NCBI GenBank assembly: GCA_041641295.1
Contig: JBEPYO010000001.1
Coordinates: 1,088,001-1,152,000 of the forward strand
Length of the DNA stretch: 64,000 nt
Origin: Nitrososphaerota archaeon
GTDB taxonomy: Archaea > Thermoproteota > Nitrososphaeria_A > Caldarchaeales > Calditenuaceae
Reading direction: 5' to 3'
Below the pieces are notes generated by a model. It was not told where the DNA came from and did no database searches. It worked only from the letters and a program-made list of their open reading frames with translations. Each line of letters begins with the position of its first letter. Position 1 is the stretch's first letter. A program made the translations under genes and the position numbers. Of this stretch, positions 36,761 through 47,562 are shown piece by piece.

Positions 36761-39700
36761 ATGCCCGATAATAGTGGGCATAGTAAGTTAGGTGCGTTGA
36801 ATGCGGCGAAGGTTGCTCTGCTGGTAGCGATGCTGATAGTGCCTGCTGTGCTGGTTGCAGTGCCAGTGATTCAGGCACAGACAACATACTCGGCCTGGCT
36901 GAAGCTGGTGACGACAAGCTGGAACGGACAGCCCTGTATAGCTGGCGGTACTCCTGCATGTGTTGGTGCGACTACTGGTTTTGCCGACAGGTATAATCTG
37001 ACGGCGAATTGGTATTGGGTTGAGGTGTATCATGAGAAGAGGGGAGCGCCGTTTAACGATGTTGTCTTTGCTGGGAAGTTCTATCCGAACGGTACAGGCT
37101 TTGTGCTGATTAGCTGGCCTGTGGATTGGCCTAACGTTACTGTTGTTGTGAAGGCTAAGAGCTATGATGGGACAGAGATCGGTGCAGGGACACTCTACGA
37201 TGGAATAATCGTGTACATGCTAGTGATCAACCCGACAGATGTCTATCTGAATGCGAAAACAGGATCAGGCTGGGGTGGCTTCTATTCGAGAATCATTGAC
37301 ATGACAGGTACTATCACTTCCTACCCCTTCTATAGGCCGACTGCTGCTGGCCCGGTTAACTTTGTGAGGATCTGGCCAAAAAGCTTCGCAGGGAATCATA
37401 GCCACCCTACCGCTGCCGATGCTTGGGTCGCTAACTCTTCAGTCATCTTCAAGCCCTTCCACGTTCACACATGGTACAGCGTCCTTGACAACCTGAGCTA
37501 CGCCCAGGTAAAGATCTATGATATTAACCACACGGCCGCCGATAGTAGCGCCTCACTGCTCAGGGCGTTCGTTACTAAGGGTGATGGTAGCGGAAATAGC
37601 TTATACGACCCGAGGACTACTGGCGAGATGTTCCCGGTCTACGGGACTAGGTGGAGGGATAACGAGCTCGTACCAATACCACTCCAAGCAATAAACCTCA
37701 ACGCCAAGAGACCCTACAGTCAGAATTTACCAAGAGGTGGTGTAACTACTTATGCCCACCTTAACGCCACTGTAAGAGTGTGGTGGGAATCAGTACTGGT
37801 AAACACGACATTCTACGTAGGGCCAGACCTAGCACAACCCAACCAGCTGGTAACTGTCAACTCAGGGCCGCCTCCAGTGGTCTATCCAGGTAACGACTTC
37901 CAATCAGCACAATTACCAACTATGCAGTCCCTCAGCATATATTACAACCACACTACACCAGTAAATCCTGCGGCTAGGCTGTATGACTATCTTAACGCCA
38001 CCGTCTTCTACTGGAGGTGCGGCGCACGGGACGACGACCTACTCGTAAACGGCACCGACACATCCATTGGATGGGTCGGTTCCGCCCTATTCGACGCCCA
38101 GTGCATCGTCAACCTCAGAGACAAGAACTCGAATGTCTATCACACGCTACATGAGAGGGGTTCAACAGGACAAAGATGGGAAGTATCATCCACGCAGCTC
38201 ACAGACTACTATGCCTTATCTGATGATCCGCACGATTGGTCCGGATATCTCTCAGCATTTAGAGGATATCTTAGGGCTCCAAACGCTACTATGTGGACAG
38301 GCCTTTACACCAAGTTCGCTGGAGTTACGATTGATGGGACAAGCGCGGCGGGCCTCATCTATGTCTCCAAATACTACAGCGGTACAGCCGACCTCACCCA
38401 AGACCCATCACTAGTAGCCGTCAACGACTACCTCAAGACTAGGAGTATTGCAGACGACCCAGGCCCCTACAGGGGCATAAGACTCGAAGTCCAGTACGCA
38501 GGAGGCTACAAGAACCTTTACGGAGGCCTCAAACAAACAGTAGGAGTCTACACACTACAAAACATATACCTAATTGCACTAAAGGATACTACACCTGCAC
38601 CCGGTTGGGTAGACCCATTCGCCACAGCCATATCAGGCAACTACCCAGAAATACTCACGCCCTCTCCACTACGACAGATTAGGCTGGGTACCTCCGAGAA
38701 CGGTGGGCCAATAGCCGGAATAGTCGATAGCAATACAGTAGAAAATGTTCCTAACCCCCCCGGTTCAGATAGGACCTTCGAGCGGGATGGTAAGCTGCTT
38801 GTCGTTGCTAATGCGAGTGATATCGTCTTCGCGGTATATGATAACCAGGGCTCACTACTCACACCGCCACAAACAGACATATGGCTACTCAGAGAGAACG
38901 GAGTACCAGTACAACTAGCATGGTATAGATTTTATGATACACCATCTGCAGGTATTGCACGATATGTTCGCGAGAGCGAATTCGTCCCATTCCTCCAGTT
39001 CATAAACGTGTCCACCAGCCTATTCTCAGGGCCTCCGCCCTCCCACATCGCGGTCGCATACCAAGTACCAGAGAACCTCATGTACGGTGTTATAGTCAAG
39101 TTTGAAGGCGTATCAGTCTACCAGAACGAGGGAGAAATACCCAAGCTCATCAAGACGGTCTACAAGCAGCTCACAGTAAGTGTCTTCAAGCTTAAGGTAG
39201 TCTTCGTGGACTGCCAGGACAGGCCGCTAACCAACACACCCGCTTGGGTGATTGACCCAATACTCGGTACAGAGGTCAGGTTCAACACAGGCCCAGACGG
39301 TGCAAGAGACTTCATCGTCCCAGCAGACAGCATAACATTCACCAGACTCTACTGGAAAGGAGTAGACGTACCGCTACTAGAGGCAATACTACCCAACGGC
39401 ACAAAGATACAAGCAGAAGGCGGCAAGGTAACAATACCCGCAACCGCTGACATCTACGCCCCAATCAAGATCAAGGTCTTAGTCGACGACTTCGTCTTCA
39501 AGACATGGGACTTCCAAGGCACAACAGCCATACCCAGACTAAACATAACAATATGGTGGACAGGCTACAACATAAGCGACCCCACCAAGTCCCCATGGAC
39601 ATTCCTAGAAACCATGGATCCGAGGGGCTACGGCGTATCCGATGACACACTAGCCCAGAGGCTCGGAGACCCAAGAATCGAGCTACCATTTGACGCCGAC

Positions 39701-42700
39701 AGGTGGAACACAAGCGTCAGGGTAGCACAGTTCTTCGCCTACGTAATCTTCTACGACAACAGGACCAACGAATACACATTCTACCAGATGCCACCAGCAA
39801 TATACAACATAATCGTAACAACAGTAGTCCCGATACCTGGCTTCAGCGCTTCAGCATCACCAGGTGTAGGATTCTGGCCAGGAGAGACACAGGACAGAGC
39901 ATACGAGTCAGTCATAGTCTGGAAACCAGGCGCCGAGTCCGTCACACCCGAAGAAGTACACGAGGGAGCCAAGACTAGAGTCGTCCTAAGAGAGTTCAAC
40001 AAAGACCTGAGATACACTTCCTGCGGCGTACAGAACGTAGACCTGAAGACGTGGGCACTCCACTGGTTCCTCGAGATGATTGACAGCGACCTGCCGATAG
40101 GCGATGTAAGATTCGACATAGTCAACGACAACTTCCTGTCAATGACACTCGACCTAGGCAACTCCACCAAGTGGGACAAGCTCACACTCGAATACAAGAC
40201 AATCATATACGGAACGAACAAGCGCGGTCCACAGGACTACTCGTACATCTGGTGGAACGGAAGCTACAGGCTAGAGGACGTCAGACTCGTCACCAACATG
40301 AGCTTCACAGTCGACAAGTTCTACAACGCCACTGCACCCAACAAGGTCTGGCCGACGCTAAACTTCACGCTACAGCCCAACGCAGAACTACACGCCCAGC
40401 AGGCACTATACAGTGACTGGCTAGACCTTCAAGAGGACTTCGGCTACAAGATAATAATCTATGACAAGGAGACACTAAGAGCACCACTACCAGTAACACT
40501 CATCAAGCCCAGAGCAATAGACAAGGGAGGAGCACCACTAGAAAACGCACTAATCGAACTATGGATACTTGACGTAAACAAAGCATCAAAGATAGATATA
40601 ACAGACCCTGATGGAGACGATACCATCACTGTATGGGACACCACATATACAGAGGGTCAGTGCCGAGTATCCCCCCACACAGTGTCTATATCGTGGGTGT
40701 GGGAGACAAAGAGAGTAGCAGACAGAGACACACCACAACACTTCGAAGAGGTAACATGGGACAGGCTGAATCTAACAATAGATGGCGATAAGATGTTCTT
40801 ACAGGTCCCGCCATACCCGGCTAAGCTCTACTTAAGAGATATAGGTGTTGGTGATGATGATAACTTTGTTGTGACTGCCAAGGAGATCTACTGGTTAGTC
40901 GACAACGAGGGTTGCCCGATCGACAACAACGACGAGGATGAGGGTGGAGCCGATACGCCTATGACATACGATGACGGACTGCTCAAGTATGCTAGGTGGA
41001 AGACGCAGGCAGACGGCACAATCAAGAGCTTCACAATACCCGGCTACGAGGGACTACTACTAGTCCCAACCAGCGGCTGGCTGAACGAGACATTCAGCGC
41101 AGAGGGAGCGACTGGCGTGGACCTTGAGGAGGAGTTCCACTACCAGTTCAACGTCGTATGGAAGAGCGCAGTCGTCTACAGCGACAACTTCGTCCTAGAC
41201 AAGGGACCAGTAATAGAGTTCGGAGCCTCAGAAGTCTACGACGTCAGATTCATGTTCACACTCAGCAACTCCACCAACCCAGCTGACGCAGTAAGAAACC
41301 TCAACCTATGGATCTACTACCCCAACGTAACAACATGGCATGAAGCGAAACTATGGAGCAAGCCGATACCTCCGCCGCAGGACTACGCGGCCTGTGAGGA
41401 GAGCTATTTCACATGCGATCTGAGGGTCACCTTGATCAGCAGCGCTGACGCTGACGGCGTAGTAGAGTTCAGCAAGATACCCGGACCAAGATTCATGAAC
41501 ACCACTTGGAAATACGTCTTCAGCGCCAACCACTCAGCAATAACATGGCTAACAGACCTGGTCGCAACACAGTTCGTACTCAACAACGAGACCTTCGGAG
41601 ATGGCCCACTCAAGAAAGTAACTAAGAGCGGGATAGATGTCCCAATAATGCTCAACGCAGCCCACCAGCTACAATTCCTAGTACTAGGTTGGAGAGACGA
41701 ACAAGGCATACCCACAGCCTACCCACTCGAAGGCTTCAACGTCAAATACGAAATACGCAACCTAGAAGCCAAGATAACGGCTGCATCCGGAACAGCTGTC
41801 TCAGACACCAACGGCCTAGCAACAGTCGCAAGTGACCCAAGAGACCCAACCAAAGTCCTATGGGCAGGACTAACAGTCAGATACAGGGTCGAACCACCAT
41901 CATGGCTCATCAACGTCAACGATGCCAGGTGGAGTCAGCTGCTCGGAGCCAGAGGCGTAGAAGTCGTATCATACACAGGCTACACACCAGACCCGAGACC
42001 CAGCGTAGGCGCTTACTTCCCAGACGAAGTCCCAACACACTGGGCAATAACAACGATCTCAACGTGGTTCAGTGAGGATGGCTACTGCTTCGGCCTATGC
42101 ACCGCCTACTTCCCAGAAGAGGGCAGGACTAGAAGCAAGCCATACATAATCAACGTCGACTACACAATCGTCACTGTCAGGGCGCTAGACTTCAACGGCA
42201 GACCACTGAGAGGAGCATTCGTAGAGATTGTCGAGAGGGCCAGCGGCAGAGTAGCCGGCTGGAGCTACACCTTCGGCTCAACATGGACAAGACAGCCCAT
42301 CGACCTACAACAGCTATACGACTACCACAGAGTATCACTACTACCAGCTAGGATAGTGGGAGGCGACGGATACACAGAATTCATACCAGTAGCCGTAGGC
42401 CCATGGAACTATGACGCAAACAACGACGACAAGATAGACGTACGCGGCGAATGGAAGGAGGGTGCAAGAGGAGACGACCCCAGAACATCGGACCGTGAAG
42501 GAACTGCACTCGCATACATAGTCAGAGTCTACTGGGCTGCAACTGACCCAAGCCCAGACAACGCTAACGGAGACCTAAGGGCAATCTGGCCGTTCATCGA
42601 TCCGCAGAAGCCATTCACAACAACAGAGGCCGGCCAGTCAGTCAGGAAGTACCACGTCAAGGTCTATGACAGCGACTTCGACGAGACTGACGAGGCGGCA

Positions 42701-44032
42701 AAGACACTCATAGTACCCATCGACACCTCAGTCGAGGTCAGGAAGCCGAGTGACGAGATATTCAAGTATGACGGTAAGCACAGAGACGTAACAACAGCAG
42801 TCTTTGACCTCAAACTACTCCTCAACTACGAGGGCAAGACACTGCCAGACAGCATTAAGAACAGCATCGAGGTGTGGGTATTCAGGAAGACAGGCGCAGT
42901 AACTGAGCTAGCCCTCAGGTTCAGAGGCGGACCCACAATAGACACGGTCACTGTCAACCGGCTGCCCAGAGGAGTCTACGAGGCGCGTGTTGTCTTCGTA
43001 CCGACAGGCGCAACAATCTTCACTAGGACCTTCGACATCAGCGTAGTCAACGTCGGCACAGTGCAGGCCGAGGCCTCGCTACCATTCACAGACCTGTCAT
43101 TCGAGGTGACAGACCTTCGCGGAAGACCGCTACCGATCAGTGAAGGCGGAGTCACGGTAGAGCCAACACAGCTCTACAGCAGAGTATCAGTAGCAGGCAA
43201 CGTTGTGACGATAACAGCACTATACACAGGCGCCCCAGTCACTGTGACGGTCAAGTACTCGAGCCCAGTCTACGGTACCACTGCAGACACTAGGATAACT
43301 GACTCAGCCGAGGGCTTCAGAACCAGGCTACTGGGCGGCAGGACACTACAGCTACCAGTGGACGACGTGACAGTAACGGTGGTTGACAGGCAGGGAAGAC
43401 CGATGGGTGGCGCGGTGGTCAAGCTAGGCCAGGCGCCAGCCAAGTCCACCGGCGGTGACGGCAAGGCAGTCTTCGAGAGCGTCCCGCTAGAGTCAGCAGG
43501 CAGAGGAATAACATACTCACTATCAGTCACGGTCGGCGGCGTAGAGGTCACACCGGCAGACGCTAGGAGCGTAGAGCTCTCAACCGCTAGGACATCGATA
43601 ACGGTGATCGGTGAGCTGTTCTCGCTGCCGGTCAGGGTGATCGGGCAGCTAGGACAGGGACTAGAAGGCGCTAACGTCAGGGTGGTCAAGGGCGCTGTAA
43701 CAGTTGCTTCGTCCTCGACAGACCAAGGCGGGTTCGCCCAGTTCGACAGACTAGTGCTAGACACCTACACGGTCGTCGCCAACTACAAGGGCTACAGCCA
43801 GGAGGTAACCGTTTCGAGCGCTGACCTCCAGGCTGGCAGGGTGGTCGAGATAACGCTGCCAATCTACACCGAGCTACTAGGCATACCGATGCCGCTCTCG
43901 ACACTCCTAGCTCTGATAATCGGTCTGATACTTCTGGTCGTGGTCCTCGCGATAATCGTCAGCGAGTACAGATGGTGGAGAGGCAGAAGGCTGGGCGTCT
44001 ACCCACCAGCACCACCGAAGGCACCGAAATAA
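36761..44032 (+). CDS. Giant (~2,420 aa) cell-surface protein with repeated carboxypeptidase-regulatory/Cna-like beta domains and a C-terminal membrane anchor
   Basis: Signal peptide ending VIQAQ; repeated D..GRPL.GA.V...TD..G.A.F units; many NxT/S sequons; C-terminal TM followed by RWWRGRR; ATG 36761 preferred. Confidence 0.8.
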   Translation: MPDNSGHSKLGALNAAKVALLVAMLIVPAVLVAVPVIQAQTTYSAWLKLVTTSWNGQPCIAGGTPACVGATTGFADRYNLTANWYWVEVYHEKRGAPFNDVVFAGKFYPNGTGFVLISWPVDWPNVTVVVKAKSYDGTEIGAGTLYDGIIVYMLVINPTDVYLNAKTGSGWGGFYSRIIDMTGTITSYPFYRPTAAGPVNFVRIWPKSFAGNHSHPTAADAWVANSSVIFKPFHVHTWYSVLDNLSYAQVKIYDINHTAADSSASLLRAFVTKGDGSGNSLYDPRTTGEMFPVYGTRWRDNELVPIPLQAINLNAKRPYSQNLPRGGVTTYAHLNATVRVWWESVLVNTTFYVGPDLAQPNQLVTVNSGPPPVVYPGNDFQSAQLPTMQSLSIYYNHTTPVNPAARLYDYLNATVFYWRCGARDDDLLVNGTDTSIGWVGSALFDAQCIVNLRDKNSNVYHTLHERGSTGQRWEVSSTQLTDYYALSDDPHDWSGYLSAFRGYLRAPNATMWTGLYTKFAGVTIDGTSAAGLIYVSKYYSGTADLTQDPSLVAVNDYLKTRSIADDPGPYRGIRLEVQYAGGYKNLYGGLKQTVGVYTLQNIYLIALKDTTPAPGWVDPFATAISGNYPEILTPSPLRQIRLGTSENGGPIAGIVDSNTVENVPNPPGSDRTFERDGKLLVVANASDIVFAVYDNQGSLLTPPQTDIWLLRENGVPVQLAWYRFYDTPSAGIARYVRESEFVPFLQFINVSTSLFSGPPPSHIAVAYQVPENLMYGVIVKFEGVSVYQNEGEIPKLIKTVYKQLTVSVFKLKVVFVDCQDRPLTNTPAWVIDPILGTEVRFNTGPDGARDFIVPADSITFTRLYWKGVDVPLLEAILPNGTKIQAEGGKVTIPATADIYAPIKIKVLVDDFVFKTWDFQGTTAIPRLNITIWWTGYNISDPTKSPWTFLETMDPRGYGVSDDTLAQRLGDPRIELPFDADRWNTSVRVAQFFAYVIFYDNRTNEYTFYQMPPAIYNIIVTTVVPIPGFSASASPGVGFWPGETQDRAYESVIVWKPGAESVTPEEVHEGAKTRVVLREFNKDLRYTSCGVQNVDLKTWALHWFLEMIDSDLPIGDVRFDIVNDNFLSMTLDLGNSTKWDKLTLEYKTIIYGTNKRGPQDYSYIWWNGSYRLEDVRLVTNMSFTVDKFYNATAPNKVWPTLNFTLQPNAELHAQQALYSDWLDLQEDFGYKIIIYDKETLRAPLPVTLIKPRAIDKGGAPLENALIELWILDVNKASKIDITDPDGDDTITVWDTTYTEGQCRVSPHTVSISWVWETKRVADRDTPQHFEEVTWDRLNLTIDGDKMFLQVPPYPAKLYLRDIGVGDDDNFVVTAKEIYWLVDNEGCPIDNNDEDEGGADTPMTYDDGLLKYARWKTQADGTIKSFTIPGYEGLLLVPTSGWLNETFSAEGATGVDLEEEFHYQFNVVWKSAVVYSDNFVLDKGPVIEFGASEVYDVRFMFTLSNSTNPADAVRNLNLWIYYPNVTTWHEAKLWSKPIPPPQDYAACEESYFTCDLRVTLISSADADGVVEFSKIPGPRFMNTTWKYVFSANHSAITWLTDLVATQFVLNNETFGDGPLKKVTKSGIDVPIMLNAAHQLQFLVLGWRDEQGIPTAYPLEGFNVKYEIRNLEAKITAASGTAVSDTNGLATVASDPRDPTKVLWAGLTVRYRVEPPSWLINVNDARWSQLLGARGVEVVSYTGYTPDPRPSVGAYFPDEVPTHWAITTISTWFSEDGYCFGLCTAYFPEEGRTRSKPYIINVDYTIVTVRALDFNGRPLRGAFVEIVERASGRVAGWSYTFGSTWTRQPIDLQQLYDYHRVSLLPARIVGGDGYTEFIPVAVGPWNYDANNDDKIDVRGEWKEGARGDDPRTSDREGTALAYIVRVYWAATDPSPDNANGDLRAIWPFIDPQKPFTTTEAGQSVRKYHVKVYDSDFDETDEAAKTLIVPIDTSVEVRKPSDEIFKYDGKHRDVTTAVFDLKLLLNYEGKTLPDSIKNSIEVWVFRKTGAVTELALRFRGGPTIDTVTVNRLPRGVYEARVVFVPTGATIFTRTFDISVVNVGTVQAEASLPFTDLSFEVTDLRGRPLPISEGGVTVEPTQLYSRVSVAGNVVTITALYTGAPVTVTVKYSSPVYGTTADTRITDSAEGFRTRLLGGRTLQLPVDDVTVTVVDRQGRPMGGAVVKLGQAPAKSTGGDGKAVFESVPLESAGRGITYSLSVTVGGVEVTPADARSVELSTARTSITVIGELFSLPVRVIGQLGQGLEGANVRVVKGAVTVASSSTDQGGFAQFDRLVLDTYTVVANYKGYSQEVTVSSADLQAGRVVEITLPIYTELLGIPMPLSTLLALIIGLILLVVVLAIIVSEYRWWRGRRLGVYPPAPPKAPK

Positions 44033-44230
44033 ACCAGTAAAAACCCTCCAAATTTATTTCCCCATTTTTTATATCATCAATCACCTATTCTCAGGCTAAT
44101 CTATATCAGGCTCACCGTCATTAGGTCCTCTGGCAGCTGTCAAAACCCGGCCTATGTATTACAACTCTACATCGTGTAGCGGCTACGCGGGGAAATATTT
44201 TTCACCTAGGCTTTGGCTTCTTAAGCCAGG

Positions 44231-45328
44231 TTGAGGAGGCTATTAATCGCCACAATACTAGTTGCAGCCATCCTAGCGTCAATCCATGTCCCGGCTATTG
44301 GGCAGGAGTGTATCCGAGACCTCACACCGGGTGAGGGGGTTGAGGGCGAGCTCCGTGGGCCCGAGAACAGCGGAGAGACTCACACCTACTGTGTAAGGGT
44401 GGAGGAGGGGTCATGGGTATCGGTCTCGGTCGAGATGTATCATAAGGAGCTGCTCACCTCTAGGATAATAACGGGTATAGCCCAGGAGGGTGGTGGCTTC
44501 CTACTTTATAGGGACGAGGTCCTTCCAACGGGCGGATCCAAGGCCTACAGCTACAACTGGTATGTATCGGGCTCCGACACAAATCTTAGGGTTATCCTCA
44601 CCAGCGTTGCAAACCGCTTGGCGCCGTCAGTAGTGGGGTATAGAGTCTCAGTAAGCGTAAGTAAAGCAGTGGACGCGGGCAGAGTCGTCGTTAAGTCAGG
44701 TCCAGGCATGGAAGAGTCCTTCACTCTCAACATCGGAGACGCGCCGGGCGACGTCTACTCGGCTGAAGCACTGCCTGAGCTCCCAAAGATAAGTCAGGGG
44801 CAGTCTCTCGGTTTTGCCGGACACCTCTCGGCCAACATCGTCAAGGAGACTGAGAAGGGGGCTGAGCTCTATGGTGGAAGGGACACGTCAGACATCTACG
44901 CCCTCCCGGTCGAGGCTCCGGCGAACAGCCGCATAAACATAACCGTAACACCGCCCAAGGGCGCCACACTGCTGGTCGTCCTGAGGTCTGAGGACGGCGC
45001 AGCCCTCGTCTCAGCAGCATCGAGAAAGGCCGGTGAGCCAGCCACAATCTCGACCAGCTTCAGCAAAGCAGTCAAGGATGGGAGACTGCTGATCGACGTA
45101 CAGCTCTTGAGATCCGATGTGCCAGACGTATCATATACTGTGGATGTTGTTTTGAGCGAGCCGCCCAAGCCCGAGACGCAGGTTGAGTTTAAGCCCCCGT
45201 TCCCAGAGTCTCAGGCGAGGACGATAGTGATAGGCTTCTCTGCCACCGTTATCGCCGTGACTATCGCCTCGGTCGTTATCGGCTGGTTCAGGAGGAGGCC
45301 GGAGAGGCAGCCAGCCTACTACTGGTAG
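44231..45328 (+). CDS. Secreted, C-terminally anchored hypothetical protein (PPC-like beta domains)
   Basis: Signal peptide, D..DIYAL motif, C-terminal TM plus basic tail. Confidence 0.6.
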   Translation: MRRLLIATILVAAILASIHVPAIGQECIRDLTPGEGVEGELRGPENSGETHTYCVRVEEGSWVSVSVEMYHKELLTSRIITGIAQEGGGFLLYRDEVLPTGGSKAYSYNWYVSGSDTNLRVILTSVANRLAPSVVGYRVSVSVSKAVDAGRVVVKSGPGMEESFTLNIGDAPGDVYSAEALPELPKISQGQSLGFAGHLSANIVKETEKGAELYGGRDTSDIYALPVEAPANSRINITVTPPKGATLLVVLRSEDGAALVSAASRKAGEPATISTSFSKAVKDGRLLIDVQLLRSDVPDVSYTVDVVLSEPPKPETQVEFKPPFPESQARTIVIGFSATVIAVTIASVVIGWFRRRPERQPAYYW

Positions 45329-45332
45329 AGGG

Positions 45333-46706
45333 ATGCAGCCTATACAGACCCTCAGGGAGCTCTCACTAGCCCTAGGTACGGGCAGGCTCACCTGCGAGGA
45401 AATAGTCACGCACATGCTCAAGCGCATCGGCGAGCTTAACCCAACACTAAGGGCGTACATAACAGTCTCAGATGAGGCGGCCCTAGCCTCGGCGAGGGAG
45501 GCGGACGCAGAGCTCAAGAGGCGAGGCCCCAGGTCCACCCTACACGGAGCACCACTGGCGGTCAAGGACATGATCGCTGTCGAGGGCCTACCCATGACAG
45601 CCGGCTCCAAGGTCCTCGGCGCCAAGAAGGCGAAGCGTGACGCAGAGTGTGTCCACAGGGCCCGCACGGCCGGAATGATAGTCCTAGGCACAACAAACCT
45701 ACACGAGTTCGCCGCAGGCACCACAAATCTAAACATCCACTATGGCCACGTGAGGAATCCCTGGAACACCGAGCTTATATCCGGGGGCTCAAGCGGAGGT
45801 TCGGCCGCGGCAGTCGCAGCCGGGCTCGCAGGAATAGCACTGGGCACCGATACGGGCGGCTCTGTAAGGATACCCGCAGCCCTCTGCGGGGTCCTAGGCC
45901 TCAAGCCCAGCAGAGGTCTCATAAGCACTACGGGCGTCTTCCCCCTCTCATGGAGCCTAGACGAGGTCGGAATCCTCGCTAGAAGCGCCTGGGACGCCTC
46001 AGCAGCCCTCCTAGCCCTAGCCAAGCCCCAGGCACCAGCCCCACCCCGAATCCCCCCACCAGCACCCACCAGGCCCAGGATAGGCGTCCCCTGGAACCTC
46101 TTCGAAGAAAACCTCGAACCCCCGGTCTCCCAGGCCTTCAACTCCTTCCTCCAGACCCTCGAAAACCTCGACGCAGAGATCCTAGACTTGGAGCTTCCGT
46201 GGGTGCAGCCATCCCTCCGCCACTGGAGAACTATACGAGGCGCCGAGGCTGCCGCCGTCCATAAGAACTGGCTGGAGACGAGGCCCCATCTCTACTCCGA
46301 GGAGGTTAGGGAGAACCTGGCATCCGGCCTAGGAGTCACGGCCGTCGAATATATAACCGCCCTCCGGGAGAGGGACAAGATATCAGCCAAGGCCGCAGCC
46401 CTCTTCACAAGCCTAGACGCTATAGCCACCCCCACCCTACCCATAGCCGCACCCAAGATCTCGCTGGTCGAGGGGATGTCCCTCCAGGAGCGGGCAGAGC
46501 TCAGGGCAAAAATGATCTCCCTAACATTCCTGGCAAACCTAGCCGGTCTCCCAGCCATCTCAATACCCGTCAAGCCAGCCGGAGGGGGGCCTGTCCACGG
46601 CGCCCAGCTCATCGGACCGCCTGGGAGCGACTATACGCTCCTCGGGATAGCCTGGGAGTACGAGTTCACCGTTAACGGGTTCAGCTTCCCAGCCCCATTA
46701 TATTGA
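45333..46706 (+). CDS. Amidase signature family enzyme (GatA-like)
   Basis: HGAPLAVKD, GGSSGGSAAAVAAG, LGTDTGGSVRIPA. Confidence 0.92.
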   Translation: MQPIQTLRELSLALGTGRLTCEEIVTHMLKRIGELNPTLRAYITVSDEAALASAREADAELKRRGPRSTLHGAPLAVKDMIAVEGLPMTAGSKVLGAKKAKRDAECVHRARTAGMIVLGTTNLHEFAAGTTNLNIHYGHVRNPWNTELISGGSSGGSAAAVAAGLAGIALGTDTGGSVRIPAALCGVLGLKPSRGLISTTGVFPLSWSLDEVGILARSAWDASAALLALAKPQAPAPPRIPPPAPTRPRIGVPWNLFEENLEPPVSQAFNSFLQTLENLDAEILDLELPWVQPSLRHWRTIRGAEAAAVHKNWLETRPHLYSEEVRENLASGLGVTAVEYITALRERDKISAKAAALFTSLDAIATPTLPIAAPKISLVEGMSLQERAELRAKMISLTFLANLAGLPAISIPVKPAGGGPVHGAQLIGPPGSDYTLLGIAWEYEFTVNGFSFPAPLY

Positions 46707-46787
46707 TACCAGGGGCTCCTCCGCGGAGACGATACGTGCTTATAGTTTAATTATGAGTATGGTTGATTGGTTTTCAACGGTGAGGGG

Positions 46788-47213
46788 ATGGAGAGGAGTT
46801 ATCAGGTGGCTGAGGACTGCCTCTACACGAAGGATCACAGCTGGGTGAGGCTTGAGGGGAAGAAATACGCCGTGATAGGAATAACCGACTACGCCCAGAG
46901 GAAGCTGAGGGAGATAATCTACGTCGAGCTCCCCAACATTAACACAAGGGTCCAGAAGAGGCAGCCCCTAGCCACGCTGGAATCCGTAAAGGCCAGCACA
47001 AGCCTATACTCGCCCATTTCAGGCCGCGTAGTGGAAGTAAACACGGAGCTCCTAGACAATCCGGAGGTCATAAACGAGTCGCCCTACAGGGAGGGATGGA
47101 TCGTAAAGCTCGAGTTCCAGAACAAGGAAGAGCTGGAGAGCCTCCTAACACCCGACGAGTATCAGAGATACGTAGAGGAGCTCGAGGAGATTGGTGAGGA
47201 GGCGGAGGAATGA
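46788..47213 (+). CDS. gcvH: Glycine cleavage system H protein (lipoyl carrier)
   Basis: YTKDHSW, GITDYAQ, ESVKA lipoyl Lys, SPISG, INESPY.EGW. Confidence 0.9.
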   Translation: MERSYQVAEDCLYTKDHSWVRLEGKKYAVIGITDYAQRKLREIIYVELPNINTRVQKRQPLATLESVKASTSLYSPISGRVVEVNTELLDNPEVINESPYREGWIVKLEFQNKEELESLLTPDEYQRYVEELEEIGEEAEE

Positions 47214-47223
47214 GGGTAAGAGC

Positions 47224-47290
47224 CAAATGATGTTTCCTACCTCGGCTCGGCCGCAATATCACTACCTCAAACTATCGGCCGGTCTGATCT
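47224..47290 (+). ncRNA. Possible box C/D sRNA
   Basis: ATGATGT (47227-33) and CTGA (47284-87) with ~60-nt spacing; C'/D' boxes not clear. Confidence 0.35.
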
Positions 47291-47562
47291 TAACCCACTT
47301 AGATTCTTCCACCGGGAGTATTACAGCCTGAGGTTTTCAACCACACCCCCTCATATCCCTCCCTCCACAATCAGTCTCAGAAACTCCAGCACAGCTTCTT
47401 CTATTTCAATCCCCAAATAAATCAGGCTCGCTTGGTCATGCCACACGACTTTTTGCGAGGGAATTTGACCAATGCAGGCCAATCTATACCGTGCAGGTTC
47501 TTTGATACTTTCGGCGAGGTCTCTTAAAAATTATAAACCGCTCGGCAGTGGGTTCGCTAGTC

